Assembly: GCF_964213995.1 (NCBI RefSeq)
Contig: NC_135808.1
Coordinates: 31,124,001 to 31,188,000 of the forward strand
Direction of reading: 5' to 3'
Length of the DNA stretch: 64,000 nucleotides
Origin: Mustelus asterias
Taxonomy: Eukaryota
Below, piece by piece: positions 12,446 through 22,147 of this stretch (position 1 is its first letter; the number at the start of each line of letters is the position of its first letter). Under the pieces are notes generated by a model that was not told the DNA's origin, did no database searches, and saw only the letters and a list, made by a program, of their open reading frames with translations. A program made the translations under genes and the position numbers.

Positions 12446-14026
12446 ATGATTTTCTTGCTGCTTCTCACGACCCTTGCCCTGCTAGTTACGGAGGGGAAGT
12501 ATAGATGGAATTGTGTAGACTTGAGGATAGAGCATCGCAAGCATGTAACGATGGCTCTGTCTATTGTAACCTTCTGACACATGGAATAAGTCCCTGGGAG
12601 GTAACCCGTAGGGACCGCTGCTTGGGATTCCTTAACCATGCCATGTTGCTAACTCTGTTGGAGGGGCGAGGTGATTGGGGTCTCCCATGCATGTAATGTG
12701 GTGTAACTGGAATTTTTGGTGTTTAGCTGAGGGACCGGGATGGATCTGTACCCGGCAACAGCAGAGGGCTCGGGAGGATGTGTACATCAACACGAGATTT
12801 GGTCGATCCAAGCAATCATTGTACCAATCCTCTAAAATCAGGCCCCATCACATGAACACTTTCATGTATATGTCTCACTTGTATGTATTGCAGTCAAAGT
12901 TTTGAGCAAGTGCTGGGTCTGCTCACATATTCCCATGCACGAAGGAAAGGGGGGAAAGTCCTTTATTCCCTATCCCTTTGTCAACTCCGGGAATAGTAGA
13001 GGGGATTTCGAATCAGAATGGAACCCACGATGGGACAAGGAAAGTGACATTTTAAAAAAAACCCCATCAGGCATGTTGTGAAAACCCAACAAGGGGGATC
13101 TATCTGCTTGGTAAGAAACGGAACCATACTTATTGGCCGTAGCTACTGTACCCAGCAGATTAATGTCACCAGTGATGCCTGGGCTTTGGCGCAACAGATT
13201 ACAATCCATTACCCTACTGCTGATGTCCTGGTCAGCCTCTCCTCTACTTATATGAGCAGCATGGCTGCATATAATGGTACCTGTTGTGTGTGTGGAAACA
13301 ATGCCGACCCATGGCTTCCTTGGGATTGGGTAGGATCGTGTTATTTAGTATATGTGGTACCCTATATTCACCGTTACTGAGACAGAATGGTTCTTTATGA
13401 TAGCTTTCCCACTTTATGGGACAGCAAAAGCAGCACAGGAACTTATACATATGGCCTCGACCTTGGAGAGAATTGCAAATGAAACTAGAGACAGGTTCGA
13501 GGAGGTGAGCACAGCCTTCTCTGAAGTATCAGCTGAGGTTGTAGCTATCCGGACTGTTGCTTTACAGAACCGATTGACACTTGATTATGTGTTGGCTTTC
13601 CAGGGAGGAACGTGCGCGATAATTGAATCTGAATGCTGCACGTATATCCCAGATGTTTCGGAAAATGTAACTCGTTTGGCAGATCATATCAAACGAGTGA
13701 CGATGACAATACAAGGTGAAGGGAGCCAATATCATAATTATAACCCTCCGGGATCACTGGGGCAATGGTTCAGGTCGTGGGAATCATATCTGATGCACAG
13801 GTTAATTGTATTAATTGTCATTGTTATCGCATGTTGTATTTGTATGGCATTATTGAACGCTTGTTGTAAAACGGTAACAGCCCGAATTATGCCGAGTGCA
13901 AGTGTACAGGCAGAAGGGACAGACTTCCTGATGAAGGAGGTAGGCCCATATGTATTGGTAACATTTGGCTCTGAGTTGGTCATGGGGCCATGTTTGCACT
14001 TGGCCTCTGACCAAAGGGGGAATTGA
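12446..14026 (+). pseudogene. env: Gamma-type env; SU disrupted, TM reading frame open at 13352-14026
   Basis: Signal peptide MIFLLLLTTLALLVTEG at 12446 and CWVC (SU CXXC) at 12911. TM has LQNRLTLDYVLAFQGG (immunosuppressive domain), CAIIESECC (CX6CC) and a transmembrane segment LIVLIVIVIACCICMALL. No furin site remains. Confidence 0.9.
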
Positions 14027-14753
14027 AGAAGGGAAAGGGTTAATGTTTTTTGTACTCAATGTATTTTGTGCCTAAAAGGTTGAACTTTGTATCTGGAATG
14101 TATCATAAACATATTGTTTACTTGTGGCTAGTCACCCCTTTTTTATATTGCTCCTGGTAGTAGCATAAGCCATTTGTTCATGTCTTTCATCTTTTACTTT
14201 AGTATAAGCCATTTGTTCATGGTTCTCTCGCTTGTTTATATCATTCTGATAAAACAGACAGTTGAATATAGATGTTAGGAGGCTTTCCCGGAGGCTTGTC
14301 TGTGATTTAAGCAGAGGAAGCAGCCACCAAATGGTAGAGTGCGAGAATGGCCATTTGAAGGAGGACTCCCACTGGGACAGTTGCACTCAGTCACTCAGTC
14401 ACTTCAAAGGAAACGCTGCGGGAAGAGCAGGGGACCAGAGATGACACCTTGACTGCAACGACCAAAAGAATTGTGCTTTATGACCCAAGGATACCAGATG
14501 GTTTCTAACCATGATCCAAAGACTATCAGAAGCTGTTAAAGGAACTATAATTTACGATCAAGGACTGTTAACTGGACTTTGCTTCATGACTTGTATTGGG
14601 AACCCTGATGTATAAATATCCATGTTTCTTGTGTTCAGAGAGAACTTTGGCTTCCGCTTTCAAGGGGTCAAGTTCTCCCATAAGCTTATGAAAATAAAGC
14701 CTGACTGTATTTTTGACTCATATCAGCCTATAGAGGTATAATTTCCGACTTCA
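14024..14753 (+). repeat. ERV 3' LTR
   Basis: 730-bp near-identical copy of 8191-8920, preceded by the PPT. Confidence 0.96.
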
Positions 14754-15163
14754 AAATTCAAATTAAAATATTTTAATGCTGGCATCGTCAGCTCCGTGCT
14801 GGGGATCGGTGTGGAACTGACGACGCCAGAATTCCGGCGGCCGGAGACACTTGGGGACCATGGCACTCAGCGGGGAACCCGCTAAACTGTTTCTGTTTAT
14901 GTCTCCCAGTTCATTGGGCTGGGAGTGGGCTGGGAGAATTGCCCCTCATACTTTTCACTGCATACCAATGCATGTGACAATAATAAATCAAATCAAAAAA
15001 TCAAAGTAAAGATTGCTGCATCAACTTCCTCAATGTTATTTATAAACATGAAAGAATTTTTTTAAAATTAAAAATACATGCTGCCTTAAAAGGTTTGAAA
15101 CATTCAGTCATTTTCCTAATCACGATTTAAAATTGGTATTAAGGGACTGTGGGGGGGGAGAGA

Positions 15164-15292
15164 TCCTGCCGATGGCGATCCCCACCCCTTCGCTGCGCAG
15201 GGTTCCCCTGTGGTGCCAGCGGAGTTGGAGGGAGGTATTAAGGGGGGAGGGAACCCTGCGCAGCGGAGGAGTGGGGATCGCCATCGGCAGGA
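15164..15292. repeat. GC-rich palindrome (MITE-like), ~44-bp arms
   Basis: TCCTGCCGATGGCGATCCCCAC...CGCAGGGTTCCC pairs with GGGAACCCTGCG...GTGGGGATCGCCATCGGCAGGA. Confidence 0.7.
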
Positions 15293-17126
15293 CCGGAAGA
15301 TCCCTCCAGTAGGAAGGGCCGGAAGATTCAGCCCAGTCCTTTCCAGAGCACAGTAACTGGATGACTTGGGAGAGCGTTCACATCTCCCCCACTGGAATTT
15401 CCTTTGCCAAACCTCTCCAATCTGTCCTGTGGGTGCCGAACCCCTCCCACTGGAAACGTTTCATCCTTATTGACTCTATCAACACCCTTGGTGATGATAA
15501 ATTCCCCGATGAAATCTCCCTCTTTACAATTTCTGCTCGTGAGAGAAATATTCCATCTAATTAAAGTCGCTCATCCCTATGGCCAGTCCGGTACATTCCC
15601 TCTGCATGCACTCCAAGGGCTTGGCGTTTGGGAAATGCCAAGGTTTCATTTTTATTGAACGATCCCATGTGAGTGCGACTGGGTAAAGGGACACCGAGCG
15701 GTGGTGGTGAAGCAGCCACTAGAGGGCAGCCACGTCCCATTCATTCCCCTGCCACACAAACCTTTCCCTTGGTCTCGTCTGTCCTCATAGATTCTTAGAA
15801 AACTTACAGCGCAGAAAGAAGCTATTGGGCCATCAAGCCTGCACCGACAACAATCCCACCCAGTCCTTAGCCCCACTAATCCCTAATTTACACACTAAGG
15901 GACAATTTAACATGGCCAATGCACCTAACCCACACATCTTCGGATTGTGGGAGGAAACCTGAGCACCTGGAGAAAACCCACACCGACACAGGGATAATTC
16001 CATACAGGCAGTCACCCGAAGCCGGAACTGAACCCGGGTCCCTGGCGCTGTGAGGCAGCAGTGCTAACCACTGTGCCATTGTACAACCTACCCTTCTTGT
16101 CTACATTTAAGATTCAATTACAAAGCAGCAGCTACCTGTTTCCGAATGGTTCACAGTATTCAAGCAGCACCCAGCCAGCATGGCAGAGTTATTGCGGATT
16201 TCACCTGCGATAGCAACAAGGAAGTAAAAGGAGAAACAATAAAATCTGGCATCGACTCTGTTTTTCTTTTGCCATAGCAACAAGCCTTGTGAGCAAGAAG
16301 CACGGGAGATTGTTACATTAGCTTATGGCTTAAGGGGGCTAATGCGAGCTGAGTGCTGGTTAATAGGCCGAAACCAGAGAAGGGCAAAAGGTGTGACTTT
16401 TGGATTCAGTGTATAGCCAATAAAGTGCCACCAGGATCACTGTCTGAGCCTCAGCTATTTACAGAGTAAAGTTCCCTCCACACTGTCTCCATCAAACACT
16501 CCCAGGACAGGTCCAGCACAGGGTTAGATACAGAATAAAGCTTCCTCTGATATCCAGCACAGGGTTAGAAACAGAGTAAAGCTCCCTCTGCACTGTTTCC
16601 ATTAAACACTGTAAGAAGTCTCACAACACCAGGTTAAAGTCCAACAGGTTTATTTGGTAGCAAAAGCCACTAGCTTTCGGAGCACGGCTCCTTCTTCAGG
16701 TAAGTGGGAGTTCTGTTCACAAACAGGGCATATAAAGACACAAACTCAATTTACAAAATAATGGTTGGAATGAGAGTCTTTACAGGTAATCAAGTCTTAA
16801 AGGTACAGACAATGTGAATGGAGAGAGCATTAAGAAGTCTCACAACACCAGGTTAAAGTCCAACAGGTTTATTTGGTAGCAAATACCATAAGCTTTCGGA
16901 GCACAGCTCCTTCGTCAGATGGGGTGGATATCTGTTCTCCAACAGTGCACATACACAGAAATCAAGTTACAGAATACTAATTAGAATGCAAATCTCTACA
17001 GCCAGCCAGGTCTACCCACATTATCTGTACCTTTAAGACCTGGCTGGCTGTAGAGATTTGCATTCTAATTAGTATTCTGTAACTTGATTTCTGTGTCTGT
17101 GCACTGTTGGAGAACAGATATCCACC

Positions 17127-17163
17127 CCATCTGACGAAGGAGCTGTGCTCCGAAAGCTTATGG
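17127..17163 (+). ncRNA. Minimal type I hammerhead ribozyme motif in a PLE terminal repeat
   Basis: CCAT-CTGACGA-A-GGAGC(TGT)GCTCC-GAAA-GC-TT-ATGG: stem I CCAT/ATGG, stem II, palindromic AGCT stem III. Mirror copy at 16886-16922 (-). Confidence 0.78.
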
Positions 17164-17330
17164 TATTTGCTACCAAATAAACCTGGTGTTGTGAGACTTC
17201 TTACTGTGCTTACCCCAGTCCGACGCCGGCATCTCCATATCGAGAGCATTAAGCAAAGGTTAAAGAGATGTGTATTGTCTCCAGACAGGACAGTTAGTGA
17301 GATTTTGCAAGCCCAGGCAAGTCGTGGGGG

Positions 17331-18900
17331 TTACAGACAGTGTGACATGAACCCAAGATCCCAGTTGAGGCTGTCCACATGTGTGCGGAACTTGGCTATC
17401 AGTTTCTGCTCTGCGACTCTGCGTTGCCGTGTGTCGTGAAGGCCGCCTTGGAGAATGCTTAGCCGAAGATCAGAGGCCGAATGTCCGTGACCGCTGAAGT
17501 GTTCCCCAACAGGAAGAGAACACCCTTGCCTGGTGATTGTCGAGCGGTGTTCATCCATCCATTGTCGTAGCGTCTGCGTGGTCTGCCCAATGTACCATCC
17601 CTCGGGACATCCTTTCCTGCAGTGTATCAGGTAGACAACGTTGGCCGAGTTGCAAGAGTATGTACCATGTACCTGGTGGATGGTGTTCTCACGTGAGATG
17701 ATGGCATCCATGTCGATGATCCAGCACATCTTGCAGAGATTGCTGTGGCAGGGTTGTGTGGTGTCGTGATCACTGTTCCCCTGAAGGCTGGGTAGTTTGC
17801 TGCGGACAATGGTCTGTTTGAGGTTGTGCGGTTGTTTGAAGGCAAGAAGTGGGGGTGTGGGGATGGCCTTGGCAAGATGTTCGTCTTCATCAATGACATG
17901 TTGAAGGCTCCGGAGAAGATGTCGTAGCTTCTCCGCTCCGGGGAAGTACTGGACGATGAAGGGTAACCTGTCCGCCGTGTCCCGTGTTTGTCTTCTGAGG
18001 CGGTCAGTGCGGTTTTTCGCTGTGGTGCGTCGGAACTGCCGATCAATGAGTCGAGCGCCATACCCTGTTCTTATGAGGGCATCCTTCAGCGTCTGCAGGT
18101 ATCTGTTGTGATCCTCCTCATCTGAGCAGATCCTGTGTATACGGAGGGCTTGTCCGTAGGGGATAGCTTCTTTAACGTGTTTAGGGTGGAAGCTGGAGCA
18201 GTGGAGCATCGTGAGGTTATCCGTGGGTTTGCGGTACAGTGAGGTGCTGAGGTGACTGTCCTTAATGGAGATGCGTGTGTCCAAGAATGCAACCGATTCC
18301 GGAGAGTAGTCCATGGTGAGTCTGATGGTGGGATAGAACTTGTTGATGTCATCATATCGTTGTTTCAGTGATTGTTCACCATGAGTCCAAAGGAAGAAAA
18401 TGTCATCGATGTATCTAGTGTATAGCATCGGTTGAAGGTCCTGTGCAGTGAAGAGGTCTTGTTCGAACCTGTGCATGAAGATGTTGGCATATTGAGGTGC
18501 GAATTTGGTCCCCATGGCTGTTCCGTGTGTCTTTATGAAGAACTGGTTGTTGAGGGTGAAGACATTGTGGTCCAGGATGAAGCGGATGAGTTGTAAAATT
18601 GCATCTGGAGATTGGCAGTTGTCGGCATTGAGTACTGAGGCAGTTGCAGCAATGCCATCGTCATGGGGGATGCTGGTGTAGAGTGCCAAGACATCCATTG
18701 TGACGAGGAGCGCTCCTGGTTCAACGGCTCCATGTGTGCTGAGTTTCTGTAGGAAGTCCGTAGTGTCGCGACAAAAGCTGGGGGTTCTTTGTACAATGGG
18801 TTTCAGGATGCCCTCGACGTAGCCGGAGAAGTTCTCGCACAGTTCCCATTGCCCGATACAATGGGACGGCTGGGTGTGTTTGCCTTGTGTATCTTGTGTA
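17331..18900 (-). pseudogene. PLE polyprotein fragment: reverse transcriptase, Cys-rich linker and GIY-YIG endonuclease (5'-truncated)
   Basis: TMDVLALYTSIPH, GTAMGTKFAPQYAN and RYIDDIF (PLE RT), PCHSNLCKMC linker, NVVYLIHC...WYIGQT...H...E...LN (GIY-YIG). Confidence 0.9.
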
Positions 18901-20514
18901 GGACATTTTCTTCCTTTGGACTCATGGTGAACAATCACTGAAGCAACTATATGATGACATCAACAAGTTCCATCCCACCATCAGACTCACCATGGACTAC
19001 TCTCCGGAATCGGTTGCATTCTTGGACACACGCATCTCCATCAAGGACAGTCACCTCAGCATTCACTGTACCGCAAGCCCATGGATAACCTCACGATGCT
19101 CCACTTCTCCAGCTTCCACCCTAAACACGTTAAAGAAGCCATCCCCTACAGACAAGCCCTCCGTATACACAGGATCTGCTCAGATGAGGAGGATCGCAAC
19201 AGACAGCTACAGACGCTGAAGGATGCCTTCATAAGAACAGGATATAGCGCTCGACTCATCGATCGACAGTTCCGATGCGCCACAGCGAAAAAATGCACTG
19301 ACCTCCTCAGAAGACAAACACGGGACACGGCGGACAGAGTACCCTTCGTCGTCCAGTGCTTCCCGGAGCGGAGAAGCTATGACATCTTCTCTGGAGCCTT
19401 CAACATATCATTGATGACGGCGAACATCTCGCCAAGGCCATCCCCACATCCCCCTTCTTGCCTTCAAACAACCGCACAACCTCAAACAGACCATTGTCTG
19501 CAGCAAACTACCCAGCCTTCAGGAGAACAGTGACCACGACACCACAAAACCCTGCCACAGCAATCTCTGCAAGATGTGCTGGATCATCGACATGGATGCG
19601 ATCATCTCACGTAAGAACACCATCCACCAGGTACACGGTACATACTGTTGCAACTCGGCCAATGTTGTCTACCCGATACGCTGCAGGAAAGGATATCTCA
19701 AGGCATGATACATTGGGGAGACCATGCAGACGCTACAACAATGGATGAATGGACACCGCTCGACAATCACCAGGCAAGAGTGTTCTCTTCCTGTTGGGGA
19801 ACACTTCAGCGGTCACAGACATTCAGCCTCTGATCTTCAGGTAAGCGTTCTCCAAGGCAGCCGTCAGGACACACGGCAACGCAAAGTCGCTGAGCAGAGA
19901 CTCCGCACATATGAGGACAGCCTCAACCGGGATCTTGGGTTCATGTCATACTGTCTGTAACCCCCACGACTTGCCTGGGTTTGCAAAATCTCACTCACTG
20001 TCCTGTCTGGAGACAATACACATCTCTTTAACCTGTGCTTAATGCTCTCTCCACTCACATTGTCTGTACCTTTAAGACTTTATTACCTGTAAAGACTCGC
20101 ATTCCAACCATTATTTTGTAAATTGAGTTTGTGTCTTTAAATGCCCTATTTGTGAACAGAACTCCCACTTACCTGACGAAGGAGCAGCGCTCTGAAAGCT
20201 TGTGGCTTTTGCTCCCAAATAAACCTGTTGGACGTTAACCTGGTGTTGTGAGACTTCTTACTGTGTTTACCCCAGTCCAACGCTAGCATCTCCACTCCAT
20301 TAAACACTCTCAGGACACGTACAGCACAGGGTTAAATACAGAATAAAGCTCCCTCTAAACTGTTCCCATCAACCAGTCCCAGGACAGGTACAGCACAGGG
20401 TTAGATACAGAGTAAAGCTACCTCTACACTGTCCCCATCAAACACTCCCAGGGCAGATACAGCACGGGGTTAGATGCAGAGTAAAGCTCCCTCTAAACTG
20501 TGTCCATCAAACAC

Positions 20515-20799
20515 AGTAAGAGTTTTAACAACACCAGGTTAAAGTCCAACAGGTTTATTTGGTAGCAAATGCCATTAGCTTTCGGAGCACTGCTCCTTCG
20601 TCAGATGGAGTGGATATCTGCTCTCAAACAGGGCATACAGAGACACAAAATCAAGTTACAGAATACTGATTAGAATGCAATTCTCGACAGCCAACCAGGT
20701 CTTAAAGATACAGACAATGTGAGTGGAGGGAGCATTAAGCACAGGTTAAAGAGACGTGTATTGTCTCCAGACAGGACAGCCAGTGAGATTCTGCAAGAC
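20515..20799 (-). mobile_element. PLE terminal-repeat fragment with hammerhead at 20572-20608 (-)
   Basis: TSD TCCATCAAACAC at 20503-20514 and 20800-20811. Confidence 0.8.
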
Positions 20800-21354
20800 T
20801 CCATCAAACACTCCCAGGACAGTTACAGCAGGGGATTACATACAGAGTAAAGTTCCCTCTACACTGTCCCCATTAAACACTCCCAGGACAGATAGAGAAC
20901 AGGGTTAGATACAGAATAAAGCTTCCTCCACACTGTCCCACCAAACACTCCCAGGGAAGATACAGCGCAGAGTTAGATACAGAGTAAAGCTCTCTCTATA
21001 CTGAACCAATCAAACACTCCCAGGACTGGTACAGCACAGGGTTAGATACAAAGTAAGATCCCTCTACACTGTCCCCATCAAACACTCCCAGGGCAGGTAC
21101 AGCATGGGATTAGATACAGAGTAAAACTCCCTCCATACTTTCCCCATCAAACATTCCCAGGATAGGTACAGGGTGAATATAGACACATTAATGCTGACTC
21201 CACACTGTTTCTGCAAATATTTGAAGAAGGTGCACAGAATATGTTTCAGAGGGTGCTGTCATGATCCCCAGTCAAATGTTGGGAATTTCAGGAGAATGTG
21301 GGAAGAGAATGAAAGAAAATAGATTATTCGTGGGCACTGGCTACTGGAAATGGA

Positions 21355-21545
21355 GTAAGAAGTCTAACAACACCAGGTTAAAGTCCAACAGGTTTATTTG
21401 GTAGCACATGCCACTCGCTTTCGGAGCGCTGCCTCTGAAAGCTAGTGGCATTTGCTACCAAATAAACCTGTTGGACTTTAACCTGGTGTTGTTAGACTTC
21501 TTACTGTGTTTACGCCAGTCCAACGCCGGCATCTCCACATCATGA
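21355..21545. mobile_element. Mini palindromic PLE derivative
   Basis: Inverted PLE termini folded at hammerhead stem II. TSD CTACTGGAAATGGA at 21341-21354 and 21546-21559. Confidence 0.85.
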
Positions 21546-21615
21546 CTACTGGAAATGGAAACAGTCGGTGATCAGTGAGGAACCTGTCAGCCTCCGCAGC
21601 TTGTATTTTTTAAGA

Positions 21616-21621
21616 TTTATT
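21616..21621 (-). promoter_or_regulatory. Probable polyadenylation signal of the MHC class I gene
   Basis: AATAAA on the minus strand about 330 nt after the stop codon. Confidence 0.55.
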
Positions 21622-21950
21622 TTACATTTGCAAATAGTATTTCAGAGGCAGATGCACAATCTTTGTTCCATAAATCTGTCACTGTCTGCTGATCGCTGCG
21701 AGTCTCTGCCATCCTATATTGGTTGCTGCTTGACTCACTCAGCTCTGCCATTCTCGGCTGGTCTCGGACAGTGGTTGTTGGTCTCTGTTGCTCATTGTGC
21801 TCCATGCCTGTAGCTGGTGGTCTCCATTGCCTGCTTCTCTCAGTCTCTGCACATCACCACCAGCCAAACCAGTTTCTACTGGGTCTCTATTAACCTCCAA
21901 TGATCTCCGTCAGGCTCTGTCAGTGCCTGTAGGTCTCTATCATTCCTCTG

Positions 21951-22147
21951 CTAGGCTCTGCCAGTCTCTTCCTGTCTCTGCCGGTTGCTGCCACTTTCTG
22001 CCATTATATGCTGGTTGATGCCAGTATTCCTGCTCGGTTTCTTCCTCCGGAAACCAATGCCAATGACGATGCCAAGAAGAGTGAGTGAGATGGCTGTTGC
22101 TCCAATCATAATCCTGACCTTCACATCTTCTTGTGTCACTCTCTCTG
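21951..22147 (-). CDS. MHC class I exon 5: connecting peptide, transmembrane segment and cytoplasmic tail
   Basis: TM IMIGATAISLTLLGIVIGIGF followed by basic stop-transfer RRKK. NAGNAG acceptor (CAG CAG; exon start 22147 or 22144). TAG at 21953-21951. Confidence 0.82.

Larger units (their letters stand above)
8191..14753 (+). mobile_element. Endogenous retrovirus provirus, non-autonomous: LTR-PBS(Phe)-gag-AT-rich spacer-IN remnant-defective env-PPT-LTR
   Basis: Paired 730-bp TG...CA LTRs, TSD AAATT at 8186-8190 and 14754-14758, PBS at 8925-8942, PPT AAAGGGGGAA at 14013-14022. Confidence 0.96.
7297..14944. mobile_element. GC-rich non-autonomous TIR element (MITE-like) that hosts the ERV; own sequence 7297-8190 and 14754-14944
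   Basis: Ends GGGCATGATTCTC and GAGAATTGCCC are imperfect inverted repeats, and the element cleanly splits the Rex1-like 3' UTR. Confidence 0.6.
16611..20295. mobile_element. Penelope-like retroelement (PLE) as an inverted pair, with a nested PLE hairpin at 16835-17241
   Basis: TSD TCCATTAAACACT at 16598-16610 and 20296-20308. Minus copy to ~18900, plus copy ~18902-20295. The nested element has TSD GAGAGCATTAAG at 16823-16834 and 17242-17253. Confidence 0.9.
16461..21180. repeat. 69-bp tandem repeat array, interrupted by Penelope-like insertions
   Basis: Unit is approximately ACAGAGTAAAGCTCCCTCTACACTGTCCCCATCAAACACTCCCAGGACAGGTACAGCACAGGGTTAGAT. Period 69 (units at 20407 and 20476). Units at 16461-16610 and 20296-21180. 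Confidence 0.9.

Noticed and set aside
16461-21180. Regular repeats resembling a CRISPR array
   Set aside because: Contiguous 69-bp tandem units without unique spacers, no cas genes, vertebrate context.
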